From a virus: 64,000 nt of DNA. The position numbers and the translations under genes were made by a program. Under the pieces are notes generated by a model. It was not told the DNA's origin. It saw only the letters and a program-made list of their open reading frames with translations, and ran no database searches. Location: IMG/VR virus record IMGVR_UViG_3300027977_000007; one strand, written 5' to 3'. Positions 20,726 to 30,591 of this stretch are shown here, in pieces (the stretch's first letter is position 1; every line of letters starts with the position of its first letter).

Positions 20726-21571
20726 ATGCAAAAAAAACCAGTCGCTAGGCGTACTACATCAACCACTGAAACACCTAAAAGAACTAGGACCAAAGTAAGT
20801 ACTGATAAAAATGTGGATATTATATCATTGATAAAGTTAGATATCAAGCATAAAAACGAAACACAAAAAAAGCTCTCCTTATCGATTAAAGAAAATGATG
20901 TTACCGTATGTACAGGTTCCGCTGGTACTGGTAAGACATACATCAGCGTTTTTGAAGCATTATTATTATTAAAAAACAACTCAGACACGTATCGTGAAAT
21001 AAAGTTGGTCAAATCAATAACACAATTAAAGAATGAAGACATCGGTACACTACCAGGTGATGCGGTAGAAAAAATGAAATTCCATATGATGTCTTACCTT
21101 GATGCATTTTATAAGCTAATAGGTGAAGAATTAACCACCAAGCTTATCGATGCTGGGTACATTAAATTTGAGGTATTTGGGGCCATTAGAGGTAGGTCAT
21201 TTAGCAATGCGATAATTCTAGTAGATGAGTTCCAAAACATAAGCCATGATAACGCTAAGACGTTCCTAACTAGGTTTGGTGATAATACCAAGATTATCAT
21301 ATTAGGTGATAGCGGTCAAATAGATATTCGAAATAAGAACGAAAGCTCATTAGAGCGATTATCTAAAAGGGTTCAACTTAAACCCATTGATGGTGTTGGT
21401 GTTGTAGAATTTAGCGATGCCGATATAGTTAGACATAGATTAACTAGTTATTTTATTGATATATTTGATGAGTCGGATAACGTTAAACCAATCAACAAGC
21501 CAAAGGTAGAAAATACCCCAAAATCAAATAAAGATTCTTTTTTTGTTCGTGGCTTAGATTTTTTTAGATAA
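20726..21571 (+). CDS. phoH: PhoH-family ATPase
   Basis: GSAGTGKT, GTLPGD, RGRSF, DEFQN, LTRFG, GDSGQID, DIVRH. Confidence 0.93.
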   Translation: MQKKPVARRTTSTTETPKRTRTKVSTDKNVDIISLIKLDIKHKNETQKKLSLSIKENDVTVCTGSAGTGKTYISVFEALLLLKNNSDTYREIKLVKSITQLKNEDIGTLPGDAVEKMKFHMMSYLDAFYKLIGEELTTKLIDAGYIKFEVFGAIRGRSFSNAIILVDEFQNISHDNAKTFLTRFGDNTKIIILGDSGQIDIRNKNESSLERLSKRVQLKPIDGVGVVEFSDADIVRHRLTSYFIDIFDESDNVKPINKPKVENTPKSNKDSFFVRGLDFFR

Positions 21572-21608
21572 AATACAATCTTTTACTTTACTTATCATAT
21601 TCCTTTAT

Positions 21609-21616
21609 TAAGTTTG
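21609..21616 (+). promoter_or_regulatory. Bacteroidota-type -7 element TAAGTTTG
   Basis: Matches TAnnTTTG 4 nt before the ATG at 21621; no clear -33 element. Confidence 0.45.
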
Positions 21617-21620
21617 GAAT

Positions 21621-22229
21621 ATGAAAATAAATATATCACTAAATGAGGTATTAAGGGACTTTATCAGTCAATTTATTTATACCTATGATAAGTATATAAG
21701 TCAAATTGATATTAAAGCAAACGATGTAACTAGTTTTGACTTATTAGATACTTTTAAATTTGAGTCTATTGATAGACTAAATAGCTTCCTATATCTAGAG
21801 GCACCATTAGAAATTTTTGGTCATGCTGACCAAACATATAATGGATTAATGAATGAGTTCAATCAATTTTTAATGGATATAGAAGACGATGGTGACCATC
21901 AAATATCATTGGTCAGTCGTGAAGTTAATAAAGCCATTCCAGCAACATTATTTTTCTTGTCTAAGACTGGTTGCCGTGCATCAAATATTTCATTTGTTAA
22001 AAAACATGAAGATGAATGGAATTATACTGATGTATTAATTACGGCCAACCCAAAAAGCCTAGCAGCTAAGCCAGATGGTAAGATAAGTGTTAAGGTTAAA
22101 ACACCGTATAACACTGATGCTAATGCTGACTACGAGATAGAATCAATCTTAGATTTTATCAATGATGAAGAACTTAGGGATAAAATCCTAACAAAAATAA
22201 TAACAACAACTTACGAAGAAATTAACTAA
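21621..22229 (+). CDS. HAD-fold 5'(3')-deoxyribonucleotidase-like protein, catalytic Asp residues degenerate
   Basis: INISLNEVLRDF...PYN pattern resembles NT5C (DxDGVL.DF). Confidence 0.5.
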   Translation: MKINISLNEVLRDFISQFIYTYDKYISQIDIKANDVTSFDLLDTFKFESIDRLNSFLYLEAPLEIFGHADQTYNGLMNEFNQFLMDIEDDGDHQISLVSREVNKAIPATLFFLSKTGCRASNISFVKKHEDEWNYTDVLITANPKSLAAKPDGKISVKVKTPYNTDANADYEIESILDFINDEELRDKILTKIITTTYEEIN

Positions 22230-22230
22230 T

Positions 22231-22590
22231 ATGATAGATTTCGGTGGAATTATCTACTATCTTGATTTAGATGAATTATCTAAATTTACAACGATTAACC
22301 CAAACGGTGAAGAATACCGTGTTACAACTAAGACCAAAACAAAACACTATAATGGTGGTGATGTTCATTATTATGATGTAATTGAAACCAAAACCCCAAA
22401 GGTTACAGAAGTAGATATAACAAAATATGAGTTTATACGGATGATGATTGAGACCTTATTAGATGGGATTTATGAAGAAGAAGAAACTGACCTAGGTGCA
22501 GATAGGGCTTTATCAAAAAAACCACTAGCTTATCAATTAGCATTTAATACCCTATACCATTATAATATTTTAAAAGAAAAAGAACTTTAA
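22231..22590 (+). CDS. hypothetical protein
   Basis: 119-aa ORF in operon. Confidence 0.65.
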   Translation: MIDFGGIIYYLDLDELSKFTTINPNGEEYRVTTKTKTKHYNGGDVHYYDVIETKTPKVTEVDITKYEFIRMMIETLLDGIYEEEETDLGADRALSKKPLAYQLAFNTLYHYNILKEKEL

Positions 22591-22594
22591 TACA

Positions 22595-23758
22595 ATGCAA
22601 TCAAACAAAAAACAATTTGAAGACCAATTACAACAAGGTAAAAATGTAATTGAAAAACTAGGTAATAAGGATTTTACAATCTATTACTTTACCTTAGATA
22701 CAAAGGGTAATCCAACAGCTGGTATTGCTAATATTTATGAACATGTAAAAATGTTAAACGAATTAGGTTATAAGGCTGTGATTTTGCATGAGAAAAATGA
22801 CTACAAGTTAGTCGGTGACGAAAATAGTTATGGTATTAAAGAATGGTTGGGTGAGGAATACGCTATGCTACCTCACGCATCAATCGAAAAACAAGAACTT
22901 AATATTGGCCCAGCTGATATTATTGTTATACCAGAAATCTTTGCTAATATCATGGACCAGATTAAAGCCTTCCCATGTAAGAAAGTGGTTTTATCACAAA
23001 GCTACAATTATTTGTTGGAATTATTACCACTGGGTAAAAGATGGAATGTGGACTACGGTTTCTATGACGTTATTACAACAAGTGTAAAGCAAGCTAGATA
23101 CCTAACTACACTATTCCCATCAATTAGGACACATATCGTACCTGTGTCGATTGCAGACTACTTTAAACCTAATGTCAAGCCTAAGCAACCTATCGTATCA
23201 ATTCTATCTAGAAACCAAAATGATGCGGCTAAGATTGTTAAGGCATTTTACTTAGAATATCCAATTTACAAATGGGTTACATTTAAAGAACTTAGAGGCT
23301 TACCTAAAAAACAATTTGCTGAGCAATTAAGCAAATCTTGTCTAGCGGTATGGGTTGATGACGAAGCTGGCTTCGGCACATTCCCATTGGAAGCAATGGA
23401 ATCAAATACACCAGTAATCGGTAAGATACCTAATATGGTTCCAGAATGGATGGAAGGAACTGACGGTGATGGTCAACCAGTTATCAAAAATAATGGCGTT
23501 TGGACCAACACAACAATTAATCTTCCAGAATTAATTGCAACTTATATGAAGCTATGGTTTGAGGATTCAATTCCTAGTGACCTACTTAATAGTATAGAAA
23601 GCTCTAAGGGTCAATACACTACTGAGATGCAAAAAGAAAAGCTTGCGTTGGTTTACCAAACACTAGTTGATAATAGAGTATCAGAAATGACTCAAATTGT
23701 GGATAGCTTAGCATCACAATTGGTAGAAATTGCTGAAGAAACAACAAAAAATGCATAA
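22595..23758 (+). CDS. GT-B glycosyltransferase-like protein
   Basis: AGIANIYEH, IVIPE, GFGTFPLEAMES..PVIG. Confidence 0.7.
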   Translation: MQSNKKQFEDQLQQGKNVIEKLGNKDFTIYYFTLDTKGNPTAGIANIYEHVKMLNELGYKAVILHEKNDYKLVGDENSYGIKEWLGEEYAMLPHASIEKQELNIGPADIIVIPEIFANIMDQIKAFPCKKVVLSQSYNYLLELLPLGKRWNVDYGFYDVITTSVKQARYLTTLFPSIRTHIVPVSIADYFKPNVKPKQPIVSILSRNQNDAAKIVKAFYLEYPIYKWVTFKELRGLPKKQFAEQLSKSCLAVWVDDEAGFGTFPLEAMESNTPVIGKIPNMVPEWMEGTDGDGQPVIKNNGVWTNTTINLPELIATYMKLWFEDSIPSDLLNSIESSKGQYTTEMQKEKLALVYQTLVDNRVSEMTQIVDSLASQLVEIAEETTKNA

Positions 23759-23782
23759 AAATAATACAATAAAATATACAAA

Positions 23783-24574
23783 ATGTCTAATATATCAATA
23801 ATAATTCCAGTTCACGAATTGGATGAAACAACAAAGGTAACATTAACAAATGCAATTACTAGCGTTAAAGAGCAAGTAGTAAGACCATCAGAACTAATTA
23901 TTGTAGTTCCGAAGGGAAGTGATGCAGCATCATATATTAAAGATTATGACTTTGGCGATTTAGCTACATCAGTAGTAATTGCTGAAAATGAAGGTGCTAC
24001 AGATTTTGCAACACAATTTAATTATGGTGTTAAGGTAGCTAAATCAGAATGGGTTAGTCTATTGGAATATGATGATGAATTAGCTAAGATATGGCTTAAG
24101 AATGTTGTGGAATATCGTACAGCATATCCAGATGTTGCCATCTTTATGCCAATCGTTGTAGACGTGGACCAAAACAATCAATTTAACGGCTTTACAAACG
24201 AAGCTGTATGGGCGCAAAACTTTTCAGATGAGTTAGGTATCTTAGATAATAACGCTTTGTTAATGTACCAAAACTTTAACGTTGATGGATTTGTAATGAA
24301 AAAATCAACATATGAAGAATTTGGCGGTTTCAAAAGCAATATACCGCTAACATTCATTTATGAATTCTTGCTTCGTATGACGTTCTTATCTCTTAAGACA
24401 ATGGTTATACCTAAATTTGGTTACAAACATGTTAACTTAAGACCTAATTCATTATTTTCTAATTATAAAAATACTCTATCTCCATTAGATGCAAAATGGT
24501 GGTTGGCTCAAGCTAAAAAAGAATATTTCTTTGTTAAAGATAGAGTGATAACAAAAGTACAAGAAACTGTATAA
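23783..24574 (+). CDS. GT2 glycosyltransferase
   Basis: ISIIIPVH, NYGVKVAKSEWVSLLEYDD. Confidence 0.75.
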   Translation: MSNISIIIPVHELDETTKVTLTNAITSVKEQVVRPSELIIVVPKGSDAASYIKDYDFGDLATSVVIAENEGATDFATQFNYGVKVAKSEWVSLLEYDDELAKIWLKNVVEYRTAYPDVAIFMPIVVDVDQNNQFNGFTNEAVWAQNFSDELGILDNNALLMYQNFNVDGFVMKKSTYEEFGGFKSNIPLTFIYEFLLRMTFLSLKTMVIPKFGYKHVNLRPNSLFSNYKNTLSPLDAKWWLAQAKKEYFFVKDRVITKVQETV

Positions 24575-25299
24575 TGATTAAAAGAGGACGCAAAAGAAAA
24601 AATGACATGTATTTTGGTCCAGAAGAAGAAGAAGCAGTTATTAGATTTTTAGAATCAACAAACGAAACAGAAAGGAATCAGATTTTTAATAAATGGCTTA
24701 AAGGGCCATTTGATAAAATGGTCGAATCAATAATTAGAAAGTACAAGTTATATAGAAAGGATATTAGTTTTGAGGAATTACATAGTGATACCGTTTCTTT
24801 TCTAGCAACAAAGGTACATAAGTTCGAAAGTGGTCGGGGTAAAAAAGCTTATTCGTATTTTGGTACAATTTGTAAGCGTTATATTATAGGTTTATTAATC
24901 AAGGATGATAAATACCTAAAACATACCGCATCGTATGATGATATTTCAGAAGATTTAGCAGAACGTAGTGAACTAACCTATGTTATTGATACTGACCATT
25001 TTTTAATGGATGAATTCATTAAAAAAGTTGTCGTTGGCATTCAAGAAGAACTTGAGAATGAAAATTTACCAGCTAAGAAAAGACTTAATGAAAATGAACG
25101 TAAGGTTGGTCATGCATTAATTGAAATATTAGAACATTGGGAAATAATATTTGATGGTGAAGATAGCGGTTCTAAATATAATAAGAACTCAGTATTGGAA
25201 ACGATGCGTAACTATACCAACCTATCAACAAAGGATATTAGGATAGCTATGAAGCGATATAAACAACTCTATGACCTGTTAAAGAATCATATTTTATAG
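24574..25299 (+). CDS. gp55: phage sigma factor for late transcription (T4 gp55-like)
   Basis: Sigma region-2-like segment KVHKFESGRGKKAYSYFGTICKRY; no region 4 evident; precedes virion genes. Confidence 0.65.
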   Translation: MIKRGRKRKNDMYFGPEEEEAVIRFLESTNETERNQIFNKWLKGPFDKMVESIIRKYKLYRKDISFEELHSDTVSFLATKVHKFESGRGKKAYSYFGTICKRYIIGLLIKDDKYLKHTASYDDISEDLAERSELTYVIDTDHFLMDEFIKKVVVGIQEELENENLPAKKRLNENERKVGHALIEILEHWEIIFDGEDSGSKYNKNSVLETMRNYTNLSTKDIRIAMKRYKQLYDLLKNHIL

Positions 25300-25324
25300 A
25301 TTCCAAATAAAACGTAGGTTTAAG

Positions 25325-25332
25325 ATATTTAT
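25325..25332 (+). promoter_or_regulatory. putative late promoter ATATTTAT
   Basis: 15 nt upstream of the ATG at 25348. Confidence 0.6.
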
Positions 25333-25347
25333 AATAAAGACAAATCG

Positions 25348-25740
25348 ATGCCACGTAAACAAAAACAAGATATAAAAATCAATAGTGATGATTCACTATC
25401 TGGTTTAATGCAAGAAACATACAATGATGCTTGCTTGCAAATAAACGATGCTCAACGCACGATAAATGAATTAACGGTAAGCGCAATAGCTACAGATATT
25501 GATGACCTGACAAAGGTTGCCAAAGAAAAGGCTGGCCTATTAAAGGTTAAGGATTCTGCGATACGAATAAAATTAGAAATCGCAAAATTACAAAGCGATA
25601 TAATTAAAAATCGTGGTGATGTGGATTCAGTTATATCTGAACGAAATCAAGGTGCACCTTCACTTTCTGACTTTAATTCCTTAAGGGAAATGTTAAAGAA
25701 GGGTAAAGAAAATAATGACGATTCTTTTGATATGGATTAA
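25348..25740 (+). CDS. helical hypothetical protein (possibly terminase small subunit-like)
   Basis: 130-aa coiled-coil-like ORF; function guessed from size and context only. Confidence 0.4.
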   Translation: MPRKQKQDIKINSDDSLSGLMQETYNDACLQINDAQRTINELTVSAIATDIDDLTKVAKEKAGLLKVKDSAIRIKLEIAKLQSDIIKNRGDVDSVISERNQGAPSLSDFNSLREMLKKGKENNDDSFDMD

Positions 25741-25742
25741 TA

Positions 25743-27179
25743 ATGAGCATAGTTGAGAAAAAGAAAAAAGTATTTGGTAATATCGCTGCGATAAAAACGC
25801 TAACCCAAGGTATGCCAAAGCTTAATTTAAGCTCATCGTTTTCATCCATTAATAATAGTGGTGATGCCATTACATTCTTAACGGATTTAATCAAATCGTT
25901 GATTGGTTTTGAAGCCTTGGTAGAGGCTGTTGTTGATATTATAACCCATTCTTTACCAAAGGTTGAGCGTGAGGTTAAAAAAGCACTAAAGTTAGAACTT
26001 AAGACCATTGTTAGTTGTGGTGTTGACCCAAGCTTACCATCATGGGTCAAATCAACAGCTATGTCATCAACTACAAATAACCTAGTTATTGAATTAAAAA
26101 AGGTAGACTTTGCAAATATATTACGTACTGACCCAAATTCGGTAGCTGGTAAGTTGATATATAATGACATTACAACACCATTAACCGCTAGCACCGATTT
26201 TAATACATTCTTATACGGTGTCATTCAAGATGAGGGTCGTGTATATACTTGGAAAGATATCCTAAGCATACGATTTGATGCGGTTGGAACCATTAATAGA
26301 CCTAATAATTCCCTAACTATTAGTGCAGCACTACCATATGATACTAAGACTCTAACGGACCTTAACAATGACTTTATAGATAGCCTAGTATTATTTAATA
26401 GTGAAAATATTATAAATAAGATAATGGATATCATATACGGTTCAGTATCTAGCTTTATTGGTAAATCATTGAAACAACTTGAGAATGAAGTTAAGATAAA
26501 CGATATCGTTGATAAGATGGTTAATAACGTTAATGTTGGTTCTTTACCAGATTCAGCATTTTCATTTACCAAAGAGGAAACATATAAGCAACAAAATACA
26601 GCGGCAGACCTTAAAAAGGGTGTGACGGAACTAAAGAACTCAACAACAATCCCATCTAGTGTACCAATTGGTGACCTAACTAATTTTACACAAAATATTC
26701 TTGCGGTTCAAACAACGATAGAAAAGAAGGATGTCATTAAAACTGGCCTTAATAATATGGCTACGTCTAGTGTAGGTAATGTTTCAGATGAAACTGACAA
26801 GAATTCTGGTAAATTAAATTTTATTCAAAGAATAATAGAAACCCTAATCAAATCAGTTGTGAATATTGTTCTATCACCAAAGGTAATTATGGTATTTATA
26901 CTTAACTATAAGATAGTATATGGGCCAAGTGCAACGTTTACAGATGGTGTTGATTTTATCAAGAAAAATAAAAATTTAATGACCCGAATTATGAAGGTTA
27001 TTGGTGGGGAAATAATCAAGGTATTATTGGCAATTGCTCTAAAAGAAATTAGCGTATTAGTGGCTAAAGCAATGGCTAGAAAACAAAAAGAAAAAGCTGT
27101 ACTTAAATTGGCTCAATTACAGAGTCTTGTTGGTATACCAGCAGATACAATAAAAAACTTAATTGATAACTTATTATAA
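25743..27179 (+). CDS. hypothetical virion/baseplate-region protein
   Basis: 478-aa ORF in late operon. Confidence 0.55.
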   Translation: MSIVEKKKKVFGNIAAIKTLTQGMPKLNLSSSFSSINNSGDAITFLTDLIKSLIGFEALVEAVVDIITHSLPKVEREVKKALKLELKTIVSCGVDPSLPSWVKSTAMSSTTNNLVIELKKVDFANILRTDPNSVAGKLIYNDITTPLTASTDFNTFLYGVIQDEGRVYTWKDILSIRFDAVGTINRPNNSLTISAALPYDTKTLTDLNNDFIDSLVLFNSENIINKIMDIIYGSVSSFIGKSLKQLENEVKINDIVDKMVNNVNVGSLPDSAFSFTKEETYKQQNTAADLKKGVTELKNSTTIPSSVPIGDLTNFTQNILAVQTTIEKKDVIKTGLNNMATSSVGNVSDETDKNSGKLNFIQRIIETLIKSVVNIVLSPKVIMVFILNYKIVYGPSATFTDGVDFIKKNKNLMTRIMKVIGGEIIKVLLAIALKEISVLVAKAMARKQKEKAVLKLAQLQSLVGIPADTIKNLIDNLL

Positions 27180-27610
27180 TGGCAGAAGAAAAACCAATAC
27201 CAAGTTCAGGATTTAACATTTCATCGGTTAACGGATTGCTAAATGTAATATTAAGTGCGTTTAAGATACCAGACACACCAGTAGAACCACTACCACCACC
27301 ATTAGTCATGGTAGGTGCTAAATTGAGAACTGGACTCTCACCACAGACAATAGCGGCCAATATAATTAGCAAGCAATCTAATTCTGGTAGAGTTGTTGGT
27401 GATGTGTTTGCAGATGGGCCAAATGTAGAAGAAGCTATGGAGTTAATCAGGGTACAAGAAATTATCAACGCAATACTTAACGATGCTAAGGTAGATGTAG
27501 TTATACCGCCTGGGATTGCTGTAACTACCGTTGGTGCTAGTCCATTAGGACCAGTAGTATCACAAGGCGTAACAATAACAATGGGTATCGGTGACGGTAT
27601 TATACGTTAA
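27179..27610 (+). CDS. hypothetical virion protein (baseplate/spike-associated?)
   Basis: 143 aa, Pro/Gly-rich with a beta-type C-terminus. Confidence 0.5.
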   Translation: MAEEKPIPSSGFNISSVNGLLNVILSAFKIPDTPVEPLPPPLVMVGAKLRTGLSPQTIAANIISKQSNSGRVVGDVFADGPNVEEAMELIRVQEIINAILNDAKVDVVIPPGIAVTTVGASPLGPVVSQGVTITMGIGDGIIR

Positions 27611-27621
27611 ATTTATAAACA

Positions 27622-27804
27622 ATGAATGATTTAGAATCAAAATCAAATAATGACATTTTATTAGAAATAAAACAAATCGAGGCTGACCATGAGGCATTAA
27701 AGCTAACTATGTTGAAAGACTTAGATAGGCTTTTTGAATTGGAAGCTAGATTCGAACGTGCAAATCAAATAATATTAAATAGATTAAAAGGTACTAATGC
27801 TTAA
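27622..27804 (+). CDS. small coiled-coil hypothetical protein
   Basis: 60-aa ORF overlapping the next start. Confidence 0.55.
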   Translation: MNDLESKSNNDILLEIKQIEADHEALKLTMLKDLDRLFELEARFERANQIILNRLKGTNA

Positions 27805-28798
27805 TAGTTCATCAAAATCATATAGAGAAAATGGTAACCTATACGCTAATACAAGTATAACACAAAATATAAAGTATGGTGTTGTAAAAGCATTAGAAAA
27901 TGAAGGTGGCCCATTGGTTAACAAAGGCTTAGGACGCATCAAGGTGTTCCTAAAGGGTTCTATCGTTACTGGTGGTGATGATGGTACCGCAGAAGCGGAT
28001 TTGCCATGGTGTTTTCCATTGTTACCCAAGCACCTATCGGTTCAACCTAAGATTGGTGAGGTTGTGCTTGTTATGGTATTTAACAATAATCGTCAACATG
28101 CTGATAGATTGTATATAGGTCCAATCATTTCACAACTACCATTATTAAATAAAGACCCGTATGAGTTCTCAGCACTGGCTGGATTTACCTTTGGTCCAGC
28201 TGAACCTAACGTAAACCCAAGTCAAATAACTGAGTTAAATGGTGTATTCCCAAATCCTTCAGATGTATCGATACAAGGCAGATACAATACCGATATTACA
28301 CAAAAGGATAACGAAATTATTATAAGAGCTGGTAAATTTGAAACAGTAACGCCAACGCCTAATAATCCTTATCAAATTAGATTTAATAGCGCAACTCAAG
28401 GATATATTCAAATAAAAAATGATGTTATAACCGTACAGAGTTCTGATAAAACACAACAAAAGAAAGGTACAATAACAAATATTGTATCAAATAAGATTAA
28501 CTTATTGACTCATGTTGATGGTAGTCCACGGTTTAATTTAACTAATCAAGATAATTTAATTAGTGATGAAGAACAAGACCTAATCAATCAAACGGCCCAT
28601 CAACTACCATTTGGTGATGTTCTATTAGAATATTTATTATTGTTAAAAGATGCTTTGTTTCTACACGTACATAATGGTAATGGTAATCCAGCAACGGATT
28701 TAACCGTATCAGGTAATAAACAAGCGCTAGCTGTATTCAAATCTAAAGCAAACCAATTAGAACAATCGATGCTATCAAAAAATATTAGAATAAACTAA
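27797..28798 (+). CDS. baseplate hub/central spike protein (gp5/VgrG OB-fold-like)
   Basis: GRIKV...LPWCFPLLP...PKIGEVVLV; C-terminal HVH motif typical of spike tips. Confidence 0.7.
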   Translation: MLNSSSKSYRENGNLYANTSITQNIKYGVVKALENEGGPLVNKGLGRIKVFLKGSIVTGGDDGTAEADLPWCFPLLPKHLSVQPKIGEVVLVMVFNNNRQHADRLYIGPIISQLPLLNKDPYEFSALAGFTFGPAEPNVNPSQITELNGVFPNPSDVSIQGRYNTDITQKDNEIIIRAGKFETVTPTPNNPYQIRFNSATQGYIQIKNDVITVQSSDKTQQKKGTITNIVSNKINLLTHVDGSPRFNLTNQDNLISDEEQDLINQTAHQLPFGDVLLEYLLLLKDALFLHVHNGNGNPATDLTVSGNKQALAVFKSKANQLEQSMLSKNIRIN

Positions 28799-28806
28799 TT
28801 TTTTTG

Positions 28807-28814
28807 ATATTTAT
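28807..28814 (+). promoter_or_regulatory. putative late promoter ATATTTAT
   Basis: 14 nt upstream of the ATG at 28829. Confidence 0.6.
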
Positions 28815-28828
28815 ATATAAAAGAAATT

Positions 28829-30235
28829 ATGGTTATTAGAACCTTTTTTGATAAGAATAATACTATCGTTAGTAATAGAAATGTTAATACTGGTCTAAAC
28901 CCAGTAACTGAATTATTTTATGGTGGTTCTATAGGTGAACAAACATATAGCCGATTTTTGTTTCATTTTGATGAAACAAGATTAAAAGCATTATATACTG
29001 GTGGCACTTATACTGACTTAACTAAGCTAAGACATACGCTTAGAATGACCAATACTGGTTCGTTTGATACTGAATTGCTTAATACATCAGTTGCTGGTAA
29101 ACGTAGAACATCATCATTTGACCTTATCTTATTTAAGATACAACAACCTTGGGATAATGGTGTTGGTTATGATTATGAAATACCATTATTAGTAAATGGT
29201 GAATCAGCATACTATAACGGCCCATCAAATTGGGTAGAAGCACAAACAGGTATTTCTTGGTCTGGTGGTACTGGCGTATATTCTGGTAGTCCTTCTGGCA
29301 TAACCGTAACAACCCAACACTTCGATAAGGGTAATGAAAATATTGAAATGGACGTTACCGACTATGTAAATGGCCTATTAACAGGTAATACCAATAATGG
29401 TCTAGGTATTGCTTTCGATAGAGGTTACGAAGAATTAAATACTATAACCCCACAATATGTTGGTTTCTTTACCAATAACACTCAAACGTTCTATGAACCA
29501 TTTATTGAAACAATATATGATAACTATATAACTGATGATAGAAATAATTTCTTTTTAGATAAGCCAAATAAACTTTACCTATATGTAAATATAGCTGGTA
29601 ACCCAACTAACCTAGATGCTAAACCAAGCGTAAATATCTATAATTATAATAATGTATTGGTTAGCGCTTTTACCTCTTCAAATGTAAATCATGTAACGCT
29701 TGGTGTATATTCTATAGATTTAACCATACCAACTAATTCAAGCAACGTAGAGACGATGTATTCAGACGTGTGGACTGGTATTACCATTAATGGTGTGAAC
29801 AGGGCTAATATTAGCTTAAACTTCGTTGTAAAGGATTCTATGGGTTATTATAGTATAGGTGATAACTTCATGCTGCCACAAAAGGTAGCCGTTAACATTT
29901 CTGGTATACAAAATAAAGAACGCATTAAGCGTGGTGATGTACGTAAGGTTATCGTATCAGCTAGAATACCCTATACCGTAGAACAAACACAAAATATTTC
30001 AGGTCTTAAGTATCGCTTATATGTTACCGAAGGTACCAGTCAATTAACCGTAATTGATTGGGAATCAATTGAAATGGCAAATAATTATTATTATTTCTTA
30101 TTGGATACTGAAAGTCTAATCCCTAATACTTATTATATTGATGTTCAATCAACAACTGGACAAGAAGTTACAACACTTAAAAATGTACTTCAATTTGATA
30201 TCATTAGTCAAGTAGAATTAAGAGGACGTTTATAA
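28829..30235 (+). CDS. putative virion structural protein (beta-rich)
   Basis: YSRFLFHFD...WDNGVGYD...IEMDVTDYV pattern; T/N/G-rich. Confidence 0.55.
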   Translation: MVIRTFFDKNNTIVSNRNVNTGLNPVTELFYGGSIGEQTYSRFLFHFDETRLKALYTGGTYTDLTKLRHTLRMTNTGSFDTELLNTSVAGKRRTSSFDLILFKIQQPWDNGVGYDYEIPLLVNGESAYYNGPSNWVEAQTGISWSGGTGVYSGSPSGITVTTQHFDKGNENIEMDVTDYVNGLLTGNTNNGLGIAFDRGYEELNTITPQYVGFFTNNTQTFYEPFIETIYDNYITDDRNNFFLDKPNKLYLYVNIAGNPTNLDAKPSVNIYNYNNVLVSAFTSSNVNHVTLGVYSIDLTIPTNSSNVETMYSDVWTGITINGVNRANISLNFVVKDSMGYYSIGDNFMLPQKVAVNISGIQNKERIKRGDVRKVIVSARIPYTVEQTQNISGLKYRLYVTEGTSQLTVIDWESIEMANNYYYFLLDTESLIPNTYYIDVQSTTGQEVTTLKNVLQFDIISQVELRGRL

Positions 30236-30236
30236 T

Positions 30237-30542
30237 ATGAAAGAGCAAATAAAAAACCTATTAAGAGAAGGATTACTTCAAAATAAAGGATTAGAAACAG
30301 CTTGCAATACAATGAGCGTGGCATCATATAAAGAAGGTATTGCTTTAATTATTAGTGCTATTGGTACACCAGAGCAAAATCCATCAATGTGGAAGCGTAT
30401 CGAGCGACCAATTAAAAACTGGCGAGATGCGGATAAATTAATTAGTCATGAAATTAAAACCAAGCGTATGTCTGGTGATTCAATGGTTGATGAGTCTAAT
30501 ACTTGGTGGTCTGCTGTTCAATCAACTATTTGTCCTAAATAA
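30237..30542 (+). CDS. small protein with IKNLLREGL N-terminal tag
   Basis: MKEQIKNLLREGLL, shared with other ORFs in the window. Confidence 0.65.
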   Translation: MKEQIKNLLREGLLQNKGLETACNTMSVASYKEGIALIISAIGTPEQNPSMWKRIERPIKNWRDADKLISHEIKTKRMSGDSMVDESNTWWSAVQSTICPK

Positions 30543-30556
30543 TTTTTTTGATTTAC

Positions 30557-30588
30557 TTGACAATTATTAATTTTATTAGTATATTTAT
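30557..30588 (+). promoter_or_regulatory. composite promoter (TTGACA-N17-TATATT; TTG-N20-TATATTTA; overlapping ATATTTAT)
   Basis: TTGACA at 30557-62, TATATTTA at 30580-87, ATATTTAT at 30581-88. Confidence 0.65.
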
Positions 30589-30591
30589 CAT

